NCBI GenBank assembly: GCA_902596665.1
Contig: CACJUN010000003.1
Coordinates: 71,756-135,755, forward strand
Length of the DNA: 64,000 bases
Source: an uncultured SAR86 cluster bacterium
GTDB taxonomy: Bacteria > Pseudomonadota > Gammaproteobacteria > Magnimaribacterales > AG-339-G14
Reading direction: 5' to 3'
Positions within the stretch are counted from its first letter, which is position 1; each line of letters starts with the position of its first letter. A program made the translations under genes and the position numbers. The notes below the pieces were generated by a model, which saw only the letters and a program-made list of their open reading frames with translations, did no database searches and was not told the DNA's origin. Positions 29,991-42,809 of this stretch are shown here, piece after piece.

Positions 29991-30190
29991 TTTTTATATT
30001 TAGCTAACAAGCCAAAAAGGAGCCCAGCCAGATAACTGACTACAGTAAAAAAAAGTTCATTTTTTGGTTCAAAAAAGTAAATGGTTGCAGCATTAAAAAC
30101 ACTGCCAAAAAAAACAAACGCAAATAAAACAATGAACCATTGCTCTATTATTGAAATTTTATCCTCTGTTTTTGAAGATTTTTCATTCAT
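29972..30190 (-). CDS. Small hydrophobic protein (two predicted TM helices), hypothetical
   Basis: 72 aa (WFIVLFAFVFFGSVF..., VVSYLAGLLFGLL). It overlaps the desaturase start by 19 nt on the same strand. No homology recognised. Confidence 0.5.
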   Translation of the reverse strand: MNEKSSKTEDKISIIEQWFIVLFAFVFFGSVFNAATIYFFEPKNELFFTVVSYLAGLLFGLLAKYKKWGWIV

Positions 30191-30248
30191 AGCAGTTTTA
30201 TTTTACTAACAGAAATTAAATAAATATATATTTAAGACCTAGATTAGC

Positions 30249-30276
30249 TTGGATCATCCTAATTAGAGAATATAAT
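30249..30276 (+). promoter_or_regulatory. Candidate promoter giving a leaderless or near-leaderless transcript of the FA-hydroxylase gene
   Basis: TTGGAT (30249..30254), a 16-nt spacer, then a perfect TATAAT (30271..30276). The ATG at 30283 is the 7th nt after the -10 hexamer, and no SD is present. Confidence 0.3.
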
Positions 30277-30282
30277 TTATCT

Positions 30283-31512
30283 ATGGATTATGTAGCTTAT
30301 GCTGTCCCATTTTTCCTTCTCCTGATAGTTCTCGAGTTAGGTTATGGTTTTTTAATAAAAAAAAATAACTATCGAATCTCCGATACATTAACAAGCTTAT
30401 CTTTAGGTTCAATCAGTCAATACGTGCCAATTTTAAAATTGGGCTTTCAGGGAGCTGTATTTGCTTTCATCGCGGACTATTTTAGCTTGCCTTTGTTATC
30501 CAGTTCTTCATGGATAGTCTGGGTTGTAGCTTTTATTCTTTATGACCTTTGCTATTACTGGTTCCATAGGATGCATCATGAAGTTAAAATTTTTTGGGCG
30601 AGTCATGTGGTTCATCATCATGGGGAAGAATTCAATTTATCTACAGCCCTAAGACAAACTAGTTCAGGTTTTTTGTGGAGCTGGATTTTCTACATACCTC
30701 TATTTGTTCTTGGCATTCCTCCTGAGGTTTTTATCACTGTTGGATCTCTAAATCTTATTTATCAATTCTGGGTTCATACTGAACATGTAAAAACTATAGG
30801 AATTTTCGAGTACATATTAGTAACTCCTTCAAATCATCGGGTGCATCATGCTCAGAATAAGGAGTACATCGATGCTAACTACGGAGGAGTATTTATATTT
30901 TGGGACATTATTTTTGGTACTTTTATAGAGGAAAAAAAAGAAGTGAAACCAATCTATGGAACAGTCAAGCCTTTAAATAGCTGGAATCCAATTAAGGCTA
31001 ATATAGATGTGTATTGGTTGATATTAAGAGACTCTTTTGTAACCAAAAGATGGGGAGATAAATTTAAGGTGTGGTTCTCAGATGCCAGATGGAGGCCAGA
31101 TGATGTTTCAGAAAGATTTCCAGTTCAAAGGAATGACTTATCTTCTTTTGTTAAATACGATCCAAAATTAGACGTTTTACAAAAAATTTATGCATTTTTT
31201 CAAATCTTTAGCCTAATAATTATTCCAAATTTCATTGTCTCTGACTTAGATCAACAGACTTATTTTCAATCTTTAATTCTTATTGGTAACGCGGTACTTT
31301 TTATTACTTTCACTTTGATGTACTTGGAAGGAAAACAATACGCTTTGTGGATGGAATCTATCAGATCAATATCTTTTATTGCTCTTATTTTTTTCGACTT
31401 TTCTGAATTAAGTCTTCTCTCATTACAAATATCAGGAATACATGCTCTTGTTTGTCTTCTATATTTAGTAATTGCTTTGCCTTTGAGAATCGTTAAATTC
31501 CAATCTGCCTAA
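30283..31512 (+). CDS. Fatty acid hydroxylase / sterol desaturase family protein (alkylglycerol-monooxygenase-like His motif) with C-terminal membrane extension
   Basis: 409 aa with His clusters HRMHHEVKIFWASHVVHHHGEEFNLSTALRQ, WVHTEH and HRVHHAQN...NYGGVFIFWD. The last approximately 130 aa form additional hydrophobic helices. Confidence 0.85.
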   Translation: MDYVAYAVPFFLLLIVLELGYGFLIKKNNYRISDTLTSLSLGSISQYVPILKLGFQGAVFAFIADYFSLPLLSSSSWIVWVVAFILYDLCYYWFHRMHHEVKIFWASHVVHHHGEEFNLSTALRQTSSGFLWSWIFYIPLFVLGIPPEVFITVGSLNLIYQFWVHTEHVKTIGIFEYILVTPSNHRVHHAQNKEYIDANYGGVFIFWDIIFGTFIEEKKEVKPIYGTVKPLNSWNPIKANIDVYWLILRDSFVTKRWGDKFKVWFSDARWRPDDVSERFPVQRNDLSSFVKYDPKLDVLQKIYAFFQIFSLIIIPNFIVSDLDQQTYFQSLILIGNAVLFITFTLMYLEGKQYALWMESIRSISFIALIFFDFSELSLLSLQISGIHALVCLLYLVIALPLRIVKFQSA

Positions 31513-33510
31513 TTAATAGTTCGTGATCCAGATTGGTGAAGACCAAGCTCTTTCCTGAATTGTTGATTTTATATCCGATCTAGGAAGTTGATTACTTCTA
31601 ATTGCGTCCCAAGTAGACCATCTGCAAACTGGGTTTTCTAAAACTCTAACGTAATAAAAGGCTTCCTGATCTTCAATAAATTCTGGATCTTTCCATAAAG
31701 TTTTTAGCTCCCTAGAGCCCTTATTTTTGCTGATAGAGCAATCATTCAAATTAACTTTTGCACCATTGTCAGGACACCTGTGAGATGATTTGTCTACTTC
31801 CAATCCATCACTACAGGTTGCGTCATAGACCTTCTCTTTAGATTCTCCATTATCGAGCCATCCCTTGATAATTTGTACTCTCTGTAAATTTGTACCTTGG
31901 GCATCAGCCATCGCCCATACAAGGAAGGTAGGAGATTTGTTCTTCTTAGTTTTGAGGCTTCCTCCCATTGTTGATGCTGTTTCGTAAAGGTAAGCAATAG
32001 TATTTTCTTTGCTGAATGCATTCTCAATGTCATACCCAGCAAAAAATCTAATTTTTATTCTTGGGCCGCTAGTTGCAAAAGTTTCCTTTCTTTTGAATGC
32101 GTTAAAAATTGACTCTCTTGTGTTTTCTTCAGCCCATACTCCTGCAAGGCCGGAAGCGCTCCAGCTAATGAGTCTAGTGCTGCCTGCGAAATAATCTTTT
32201 CCATCAACCTCTGCAATTAAATTTGGCCTTAGGACTTTCAATACGGATCCATAAGTCTTATTAAAAGGAATAGATCCCCTGAGTTCAGGAGTTCCATCGA
32301 GAATGCCTATTTTTGAGAAGTATCTATCTTCTTCGAACGATGATGCAGATACATGAGTATCAGTTGACCCAATAAAACCAAATTTATATGGATTGGCGCC
32401 ACTTTTGTTTTTCAGAGTCATTCCTCTTAACAAGGCACTTCTTGCATAACTCCCTTCATCATTATCTGCTGTATTTTCAATTTCAAAATCAGCCCACTCA
32501 TCATTTTTTGATAAGAAGGGGCTCGTCTCTGAGGAAGCTTTCACCTGAGTTATTTCAACAACAGGCTCATTACTTATTCTCTTTCTGCTATAAGATTCGT
32601 CTATTGGAGCGCCATTAAAATCATCTAGCATAAACATTAAGCCTCCAGAGAGATTAGAGTTATGAGGTATGGCCATGCTCTCAACTCCATTGTTTCTAAG
32701 AGAATCCATCCAATCCCATAACTTTTCTGGATTTGGACTATCTACTCTGCTAAAGGGCATTACTGGTAAATTTTTAGTATCTTTGAAAATAACGTTTCTA
32801 TGCAGTGTTGTAAGGTCTGCTCCGCTACCTGCCGAGTATTCGTAACCAGCAAAAGTAGTCAAAATTCCTGGTTCATAGGCTCTATCAGCAGCCTGAATAA
32901 TATCCTGCCAAACGCTGCTGGAAATCTTATTTAATTCATTGGTAAGATCATTGGTCAGTCTTCCCTCCTCTGCGAGCCTCTGTGCGAAAGGTCTAAAGAG
33001 GTTAGATCTTCTGACAACCTCAAATATGCCTGCACCCGCTGAATCATTTAAATTATGTAATGGTTTCACCCAATCATATTTAGACAAAAAAGAATTTTCG
33101 TCACTTGCAGATTTCATCACTCCCAAAAATATCCCGTGATCAGTCACCGCATAAAAATCTAAAGGTCTCTTGAGCTGAATCTGATATCCGGATGGATGGG
33201 GTAAAGCAGCTCCTCGAGCATAACGATATGCATCATCTGGAGAATTAATATTGCCGAACGTATAAGAATCAAAAGAATTAGCCGTGTGAACGTGCAGATC
33301 CCCAAAATAGGCATTTTTATCTGGGTTTTTCTCTCGTCTTTCATCAGTCTCATACTTCATGGAAGATTTTTGTTTTGAGAAAATATCATCTATTTTTTCA
33401 ACTGATTTTTTGGTTTGACTCTCTTGGTACTGATAAGAAATAAAGATGATTAAAATTAGGATAAGAGCAATTCCTGCAATCCAAAAAAAAGATTTTTTTA
33501 AAATACTCAT
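31513..33510 (-). CDS. DUF3604 domain protein (PHP-like metal site), N-terminally membrane-anchored
   Basis: 665 aa with an N-terminal TM helix followed by YFGDLHVHTANSFDSY, the hallmark start of the DUF3604 family. Confidence 0.8.
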   Translation of the reverse strand: MSILKKSFFWIAGIALILILIIFISYQYQESQTKKSVEKIDDIFSKQKSSMKYETDERREKNPDKNAYFGDLHVHTANSFDSYTFGNINSPDDAYRYARGAALPHPSGYQIQLKRPLDFYAVTDHGIFLGVMKSASDENSFLSKYDWVKPLHNLNDSAGAGIFEVVRRSNLFRPFAQRLAEEGRLTNDLTNELNKISSSVWQDIIQAADRAYEPGILTTFAGYEYSAGSGADLTTLHRNVIFKDTKNLPVMPFSRVDSPNPEKLWDWMDSLRNNGVESMAIPHNSNLSGGLMFMLDDFNGAPIDESYSRKRISNEPVVEITQVKASSETSPFLSKNDEWADFEIENTADNDEGSYARSALLRGMTLKNKSGANPYKFGFIGSTDTHVSASSFEEDRYFSKIGILDGTPELRGSIPFNKTYGSVLKVLRPNLIAEVDGKDYFAGSTRLISWSASGLAGVWAEENTRESIFNAFKRKETFATSGPRIKIRFFAGYDIENAFSKENTIAYLYETASTMGGSLKTKKNKSPTFLVWAMADAQGTNLQRVQIIKGWLDNGESKEKVYDATCSDGLEVDKSSHRCPDNGAKVNLNDCSISKNKGSRELKTLWKDPEFIEDQEAFYYVRVLENPVCRWSTWDAIRSNQLPRSDIKSTIQERAWSSPIWITNY

Positions 33511-33517
33511 TTAATTT

Positions 33518-35164
33518 TTAGTTTGACCAATAAATATAGTCGTCTCCTTCCTCATATTTTTGTCCATCGTATTTATCTATGAGGATTGGAACTTCAAATG
33601 CTGATGGCACAACTGGGTCAGCTTGCTCTGAATTAAATTCGGCCAGTAAACTTTTTAGAAGTTGTGCTTTTTCAGGATGAGATTCAATAAGATTGTTCTT
33701 TTCGGTTGGATCAACAGAAGTGTTAAAAAGCCAGTGAAAATTTTCTTGTTTACTGACTATGTATTTCCAATTTTCATGTAATACAGATTGATGATTTCCT
33801 GAGCGCCAAAAAAGCGTTTTATGCGGTTCAGTGGATATTTCTTTATTTATATAAGGTAGAAGATTAACACCATCTAAATCATTTAATTCTGAAGATTCAA
33901 TGCCCGCAGCAGATGCAATCGTAGAAAAAATATCAAAGTGATGAACAGCACTATTAGATTTTTGACCAGGATTTATCTTATCAGGCCAGCTGACAATGTA
34001 AGGAACTCTTATTCCGCCTTCAAAGAAGCTTATCTTCCAACCTCTGTAAGGCTTATTAATATCCTCTAACTCAATATAATCGGCTCCACCGTTATCGCTA
34101 GTAAAAATAATTAAAGTTTTGCCATATATTTCGAGCTCTTTGAGTTTTGCAATAACTTTCCCTACGCTTCGATCAAGCGCGGCAATCATTCCTGAATAAA
34201 CCTGTAAATTATGTCCTTGCATGTGACTCATGTTCTGTACATCACTTCTCAATGCCTGCAAGGGATTATGAACAGCCCAGTGACTTAAATATAAAAAGAA
34301 AGGTCTGTTTTTATTTTTTTCAATAACCTTCAAAGCTTCATCGGTGTAGTAATCGGTGACATATTTATCTGGAGCAAAAAAATCACCTCCATTAAACATT
34401 GCTGAATACTGTCCAATACCCCAAATCATCCTATCGATTGCGGTATCGAACTTAGCATTTACTATGTCTGGATCATCCTCTGGAGCATACAAAGGCCCCA
34501 CCAAAGATAAAGAATCTTTAAACCCTTGGCTTTGTGCATCCATGCCATTAGCTTGGCCAAGATGCCATTTTCCTATGTGTGCTGTGTAGTATCCAGCATC
34601 ACGAAGAACCTCTGCAATTGTTACTTGCTCAGTTGGCATTCCTTGATCCCATAGAGGAGGTAGTCGAGTCGCTACTTCTCTATCAACTCTGGCTCTGAGT
34701 TCTGAGTCATCTTCTGCAGCAAGCCATCGCATAATTAATCTTCCGGTTGCCGGTACAGGAGTAAATTCATATCCAAATTTTGTAGGGTATTTCCCTGTCA
34801 TGATGGATGCTCTTGAAGGTGCACAAGTAGCATTGGCAGCATATCCTCTTGAAAAGAGGATGCCGTTTTCTGCTAGCGAATCTATATGGGGTGTTATCAA
34901 AGACCCGTCTGCTGCCCCGCCGTTATGGGCAGAGATGTCGTTGTATCCCATATCATCAGCCAAAATTAAAATAATATTAGGACGATTATCCTGTGTAGGA
35001 ATTTCAGGTCCCTCTGTCCAAGTGGTTGGAATATTATCTTGTACTGGCATAAAAATAGCCGACAACTTCGGTATAGACCAAATAAGTATATTTATTTTAA
35101 ATTCCCAGGCAGTGATGCCAAATATGGCGAGAAGACCAAAAGTGATTAGAGTTTTCCTAAGCAT
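33518..35164 (-). CDS. Arylsulfatase (Cys-type formylglycine sulfatase), anchored/secreted
   Basis: 548 aa with ILILADDMGYNDI, the CAPSRASIMTG (C-x-P-x-R) motif, GKWHLG and SDNGG. Confidence 0.93.
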   Translation of the reverse strand: MLRKTLITFGLLAIFGITAWEFKINILIWSIPKLSAIFMPVQDNIPTTWTEGPEIPTQDNRPNIILILADDMGYNDISAHNGGAADGSLITPHIDSLAENGILFSRGYAANATCAPSRASIMTGKYPTKFGYEFTPVPATGRLIMRWLAAEDDSELRARVDREVATRLPPLWDQGMPTEQVTIAEVLRDAGYYTAHIGKWHLGQANGMDAQSQGFKDSLSLVGPLYAPEDDPDIVNAKFDTAIDRMIWGIGQYSAMFNGGDFFAPDKYVTDYYTDEALKVIEKNKNRPFFLYLSHWAVHNPLQALRSDVQNMSHMQGHNLQVYSGMIAALDRSVGKVIAKLKELEIYGKTLIIFTSDNGGADYIELEDINKPYRGWKISFFEGGIRVPYIVSWPDKINPGQKSNSAVHHFDIFSTIASAAGIESSELNDLDGVNLLPYINKEISTEPHKTLFWRSGNHQSVLHENWKYIVSKQENFHWLFNTSVDPTEKNNLIESHPEKAQLLKSLLAEFNSEQADPVVPSAFEVPILIDKYDGQKYEEGDDYIYWSN

Positions 35165-35231
35165 TATTAAATGATGATGTTAGGAAAATATAAATTATGA
35201 CAGTTATTGTGTCAAAAGATTCTAAGGAATT

Positions 35232-35308
<77 letters not shown>

Positions 35309-35360
35309 ATATGAAATGGAATGCAACCTTAGCAAGCTATTATCAATAAATAAAGTTAAA

Positions 35361-36311
35361 TTAATTCTCAGAATCCCTTCTAATCACATAAGGACGGTTT
35401 TTATTCGAAAAGTAAATTCTGACGACCACTTCAGCCAATAAACCGGTCGTTAAAAGTTGGGTTCCAAACACAACAGAAAGTATTCCGCCATAAAAAAGAG
35501 GTCTATCGCCTAAGTCTATGCCAAGCATAATTTTTTGGGCGCTTAATACAAATAAGATAATTATTCCAAGAACCAAAAAAACTAAACCAGGAAAGCCAAA
35601 AAAGTGCGCTGGTTTAGATAAAAATCTTTGGAAAAATATAATTGAAAATAAATCTAAAGGTACCCTAGCAATTCTTCCAAACCCATATTTGCTCTCGCCA
35701 GCAATTCTAGGTCTATGATTTACTTCCTCTTCGCTTATCCTTGCCTTATCAGTATAAAGACTCATCCAAGCAGGAATTAACCGGTGCATTTCGCCGTACA
35801 GTTGAACTGCTTTGAGAGTTTTATTTCTGTAGACCTTTAAGCTACATCCGTAATCATGGAGCTTTATATCAGTCGACCAGCCAATTAAAGAATTTGCCAT
35901 CTTTGATATGAGACTTCTAAGAAAAGGATCTTTTCTATCTTTTCTCCATCCAACAATTAAATCCAATTTTTCATCTTTCAGCCTATTCAAGAGTCTTAAA
36001 ATATCCTTCGGATCGTTTTGAAGATCACCGTCCAAAGTTGCTATGTATTTTCCTTGCACGTGATCAAAACCTGCTTGCATTGCAGCTGTTTGCCCTGAGT
36101 TCCTTCCTAATTGTAGGTACCTGACTTCTTTTTTTACTTTGGCAATTGATTCACATATATCTCCAGTATTATCTTTGCTTGAATCGTCAACAATGAGTAA
36201 TTCCCATTCTTTGTCTAGAGATTCCATCGATTGATAAATCTCATCGACGAGAGGTTTTATATTTTCTTCCTCGTTGTAAACAGGAACAACAATGCTTAAA
36301 TAAGTTTTCAT
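35361..36311 (-). CDS. GT2 polyprenyl-phosphate glycosyltransferase (ArnC/GtrB/DPM1-like)
   Basis: 316 aa with SIVVPVYNEEENI, LLIVDDSSKDNT and LDGDLQNDP, plus two C-terminal TM helices. Confidence 0.9.
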   Translation of the reverse strand: MKTYLSIVVPVYNEEENIKPLVDEIYQSMESLDKEWELLIVDDSSKDNTGDICESIAKVKKEVRYLQLGRNSGQTAAMQAGFDHVQGKYIATLDGDLQNDPKDILRLLNRLKDEKLDLIVGWRKDRKDPFLRSLISKMANSLIGWSTDIKLHDYGCSLKVYRNKTLKAVQLYGEMHRLIPAWMSLYTDKARISEEEVNHRPRIAGESKYGFGRIARVPLDLFSIIFFQRFLSKPAHFFGFPGLVFLVLGIIILFVLSAQKIMLGIDLGDRPLFYGGILSVVFGTQLLTTGLLAEVVVRIYFSNKNRPYVIRRDSEN

Positions 36312-37944
36312 GTCTTCTTAATGAATGTTGAAACAATTGCAAGGATAAGACTATATAAAAGAACAGTAAAGTGAACCAATAAAGAAGCACTGATCATTGA
36401 ATCGATATTAATATTTTTATCAAAAGAATTTAGTCCAAATATTATGCCTCCCTCATATGTCCCCGTTCCTGCAAAGCCATGGATGGGTAGGATTGATGTT
36501 AATTCACCAAAAATAACGGCAACGAAAGAACTTTCTAAGCTTGCTGAAATCAAAGATAACAGAAGATAAGTGAGTGCAAATATTTTCATGAACCAAGCTA
36601 ACAAAGACAAAATCAAAATTTCAATTTTTTCAAAAAGATTTTTTTTAATATCTCTTTCTTGCAATAAATAGCTTACTCCCAAGTACCAAGCAACTAAAAT
36701 TAAAAAATTAAGCATTAAAGAATAGTAGAAACTAAGAAAGACAAATAAAGACAAAAAAATGATTGATAGAAGATCTGTGATCCTGAAAATAAAAAGTGCC
36801 CTAAGGGATATCTTATTATCGATCCCATAAGATTCTCTCAAAAGCAAAGGAAAAGAAAATTCTCCAATTCGCATAGGTAAGAAATTATTTAAAAAGTTAT
36901 GCAAGAAAGTGATTCGCATAACTCCTAGACTCTTTGTTTCTTTTTTAAAAAATCTTCTAATTCGAGCAGCCCTTATCAATAGGCTTAAAACCAAAAGACC
37001 TAATGCAACGGACACTAGGAGAAAATCCAAATTTTCTGTCATGAAAAGAAAGGAACTAAAGGATCCATATTGATAGATTAAATATATGAATGTGGAAGAA
37101 ATAAGCAAAGGCATAAAGATTTTAAAAAAATTACTCTGAGATACCTTTATTTTAGTGAAATAGTCTAAAGCAATACTAAGAATGTTCTCTATCTTCAGTA
37201 AATTAAGAAATAAAAGGGGACTCAAGAAAATAAGAATGTATAACCAACCAATTTCATTTGCAAAATCATAAGTAGAAAAATTGCCAATGAGAATTGTGTA
37301 AAGTGCGATGCTTAATAAAATAATAAAAAATACCGAATATAAAGTGTCCAAAATTTTTGACGATCTATCTGCCAATGAAGCTAAGAGTAAAGGCAAGCTA
37401 AAACCCAAAGAAGCCCCTATCAGAATATCCATTGGCCAGTGAGCCCCAACTAATATCCTTGTAAAAGCAATGAGCGAAAAGGCGAAAATTAACAGTACAA
37501 AATAATTTTTTTTAATCATGCCTGAGACAACCAAACAAGAGAAAAATAAAAAGAGACTAAATGCGTGTCCAGAAGGCACGGATTGAGAGGTCAAAAGAGG
37601 TTCAACAACAAAAAATTCTTCTCTTGGTAGGATTGCTCCTGGTCTTGGAATATCCAGTAAAATTTTTAATCCCCTCGATAGCAAGATTCCAATCAGTGTA
37701 GATGAGATGATTAACCTGAAAAATTTTCTTGAATAATATATTGGGATTACAGATGCAATCAGCAGTACGGCTGCATTACCAAATTCGGTAAGAAAAGTTA
37801 GAGCTGATTGATTTATAAAAGCTCCCGCACTATTTAGTCCAATAAAAATAAAGTTATTTAGAACAATTACAGGATCTAAATAATTCAAACCAATCAGAAC
37901 CAGCGCCAAAGCAAAGACGATAAATCCTGTTTTGTGCTGAGGAT

Positions 37945-37948
<4 letters not shown>
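36308..37948 (-). CDS. Fusion membrane protein: N-terminal PAP2 lipid phosphatase + C-terminal flippase-like (UPF0104 / LPG-synthase-TM-type) domain
   Basis: 546 aa. The complete PAP2 motif set is KILLDIPRP, PSGH and TRILVGAHWPMD within the first approximately 190 aa. The C-terminal polytopic part carries LPMRIGEFSFPLLLR, typical of UPF0104. Confidence 0.7.
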
Positions 37949-40513
<2,565 letters not shown>

Positions 40514-41026
40514 CTAATACTCAATTGTAGTTTCACTTTCAGAAATGAGAAAGTTTTCACCTGTCCCCATTCCAAGCAGACCTGATCTGGTAACCTCTAA
40601 AAACTTCTGCTTATTTAAAGAAAGAAGAAAATCATCAACTTCATGGTTCGAACCAATAAGTTTAATCATTACAAATGCATCTTTGTGATTAATAATTTCT
40701 CCAACAACAGGAAAAGCACTTTCAATAATTTTTTTTGCTTCTTTCTCGGTAATTTTTAATTTAACAATAGCAATTTCCAGTGAGACAGATTCAATGTCGG
40801 ATAGATTCTGAACTTCTACAACATCAATTACTTTGTTTAATTGTTTGAGTATTTGAGATATTACGCTTTCTTCTTCTTTAACGACCATAGTGAGCCTTGA
40901 TAAAGATGAATCGTTAGTAGGAGCCACAGATAAGGAGTCTATGTTGTAACCTCTTTGTGAAAATAGACCTACGACCCTAGAGAGAGCTCCCGGTTGGTTT
41001 TCCATTAAAATCGATATGTGACTCAT
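40514..41026 (-). CDS. ilvH: Acetolactate synthase small (regulatory) subunit
   Basis: The start is placed at the ATG at 41026 (MSHISILMENQPGALSRVVGLFSQRGYNIDSLSV, an ACT domain), 1 nt after the ilvI stop. The longer tracked ORF overlaps ilvI. Confidence 0.95.
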   Translation of the reverse strand: MSHISILMENQPGALSRVVGLFSQRGYNIDSLSVAPTNDSSLSRLTMVVKEEESVISQILKQLNKVIDVVEVQNLSDIESVSLEIAIVKLKITEKEAKKIIESAFPVVGEIINHKDAFVMIKLIGSNHEVDDFLLSLNKQKFLEVTRSGLLGMGTGENFLISESETTIEY

Positions 41027-41027
41027 T

Positions 41028-42761
41028 TTAAAAAGTCTTTTTAGTTTTACTAACTCGCATTTCAGACATATTGCCACCGGCTTCAAGCATTGGGTATACA
41101 TGCTCATCTGGATCAACATATACGTCCATGAATACAAGTTTATCTTTCATGGAAATACATTCATCCATTCTTTCTTCTAGCTCACTGATATCCTCTACCT
41201 TCATACCCACATGTCCATAAGATTCTGCAAGCTTGACGAAATCAGGCAAAGAATCTTCGTAGAGAATGCTGGAATACCTTCCACCGTATTGCATATCCTG
41301 CCACTGCTTAACCATTCCTAAAGCTCTATTATTAAGATTAATTATTTTCACAGGCAGTCCATACTGCATACAAGTAGATAGCTCCTGAATACACATTTGA
41401 ATGCTACCTTCACCGGTTACACAAACAACATCCTCATCAGGAAAAGCAAATTTAACTCCCATGGCAGAAGGAAGACCAAATCCCATTGTTCCTAGGCCGC
41501 CAGAGTTGATCCATTTTCTTGGTTCATCAAATTTATAATATTGAGCAGCAAACATTTGGTGTTGGCCAACATCAGAAGTTATAAATGCCTTACCGTTTGT
41601 AGACTTGTAAAGAGACTGTATTACTTGTTGAGGAAGGATTTGCTTCTGATGAAATTTCTTATCCAAAAGATCATGATTAAGACCATGAGTTTCTCTCCAG
41701 CTTAGAATCTCATTATTCCAGAGATCTATTGATGCTTTATCAATATTTTTTGGATCTATTTTATTGAGAATTTGATTAAGAATCTTTTTAGCATCTCCAT
41801 TTAGAGATACATCGACATTTATAATTTTTTCTATAGAACCGTAATCACAATCTAAGTGTATTTTTTTGGCATTTAATGAGTATTTTTTAGGATTGTTTGT
41901 AGTTCTATCATCGAATCTTGAACCCAAAGCAAAGATTAAATCAGCTTCATGCATTGCCATGTTAGCTTCATAGGTTCCATGCATTCCTAACATTCCAATA
42001 AAGTTTTCATGAGTTGCAGGAAAGGCTCCCAATCCCATTAGTGTATTTGTCACAGGAGCATTCATGATTTTCGCTAACTTTTTTAGCTCCTCAGATGCAT
42101 TACCTTGAATTATCCCGCCGCCCGCATATAAAACTGGCTTTTTTGCTTTCTCTAATAATGAAACTGCCTCATCTACGTTACTTTCTTCTTCTTCAGAGGG
42201 GGCTGAATAAGATCTCATCTTTATATCTTTAGGATACTGATAATCAAAAAGATGGTTCGGATCTGTCATATCCTTGGGTACATCAATTACAACTGGACCT
42301 GGTTTTCCTGTTTTCGCAATAATAAAGGCCTTTTTGACAACCTCTGGTATCTCTTCTGGACTTTGAATTAGAAAGCTATGTTTTACGATTGGTCGGGATA
42401 TTCCCATCATATCTGTTTCTTGGAAGGCGTCTGTTCCTATTAAATGGCTTGCAACCTGACCTGAAATTACTACCAATGGAATAGAGTCCATATATGCAGT
42501 TGCAATTCCAGTGATTGCGTTTGTTGCTCCTGGACCAGATGTTACAAGAACAGTTCCAACTTTTCCTGTGGCTCTGGCATATCCGTCAGCTGCATGGACT
42601 GCAGCCTGTTCATGCCTAACTAAAATATGCTGAACTTTATCCTGTTGATAGATTGCATCGTAAATATGAAGTGCAGCTCCTCCAGGATATCCAAAGAGAA
42701 GGTCTACATTTTCATCTGCTAAAGCTCTGATAAGCGCAGATCCGCCTGATTCTTTCTTCAT
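41028..42761 (-). CDS. ilvI: Acetolactate synthase large subunit
   Basis: 577 aa, ThDP enzyme, with GYPGGA, SGPGATN and the GLGTMGFGLPSAMG...GDGS-type motif (VTGEGSIQM). Confidence 0.97.
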   Translation of the reverse strand: MKKESGGSALIRALADENVDLLFGYPGGAALHIYDAIYQQDKVQHILVRHEQAAVHAADGYARATGKVGTVLVTSGPGATNAITGIATAYMDSIPLVVISGQVASHLIGTDAFQETDMMGISRPIVKHSFLIQSPEEIPEVVKKAFIIAKTGKPGPVVIDVPKDMTDPNHLFDYQYPKDIKMRSYSAPSEEEESNVDEAVSLLEKAKKPVLYAGGGIIQGNASEELKKLAKIMNAPVTNTLMGLGAFPATHENFIGMLGMHGTYEANMAMHEADLIFALGSRFDDRTTNNPKKYSLNAKKIHLDCDYGSIEKIINVDVSLNGDAKKILNQILNKIDPKNIDKASIDLWNNEILSWRETHGLNHDLLDKKFHQKQILPQQVIQSLYKSTNGKAFITSDVGQHQMFAAQYYKFDEPRKWINSGGLGTMGFGLPSAMGVKFAFPDEDVVCVTGEGSIQMCIQELSTCMQYGLPVKIINLNNRALGMVKQWQDMQYGGRYSSILYEDSLPDFVKLAESYGHVGMKVEDISELEERMDECISMKDKLVFMDVYVDPDEHVYPMLEAGGNMSEMRVSKTKKTF

Positions 42762-42809
42762 ATTTATTAAACAGTTTTAAAAAGATTCGAATTGTGACAC
42801 TAGAAGCCT

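Noticed and set aside
34800-35174. 124-aa plus-strand ORF, grouped with similar long antisense ORFs at 38987..39388, 45799..46158, 9033..9380, 51778..52107, 1850..2149, 4304..4570 and 13051..13302
   Set aside because: All lie wholly inside well-supported genes on the opposite strand. They have low-complexity or odd composition and no recognisable motifs, so they are typical shadow ORFs.
26440-35231. tRNA-flanked block as a mobile genomic island
   Set aside because: I found no integrase, recombinase, transposase or phage gene. I also found no direct repeat of a tRNA 3' end by eye. It is kept only as a rearrangement/accessory-block hypothesis, not called a mobile element.
41027-41137. 37-codon N-terminal extension of the ilvH ORF
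   Set aside because: It lies inside ilvI in another frame. The ACT-domain protein starts at the ATG at 41026, right after the ilvI stop.
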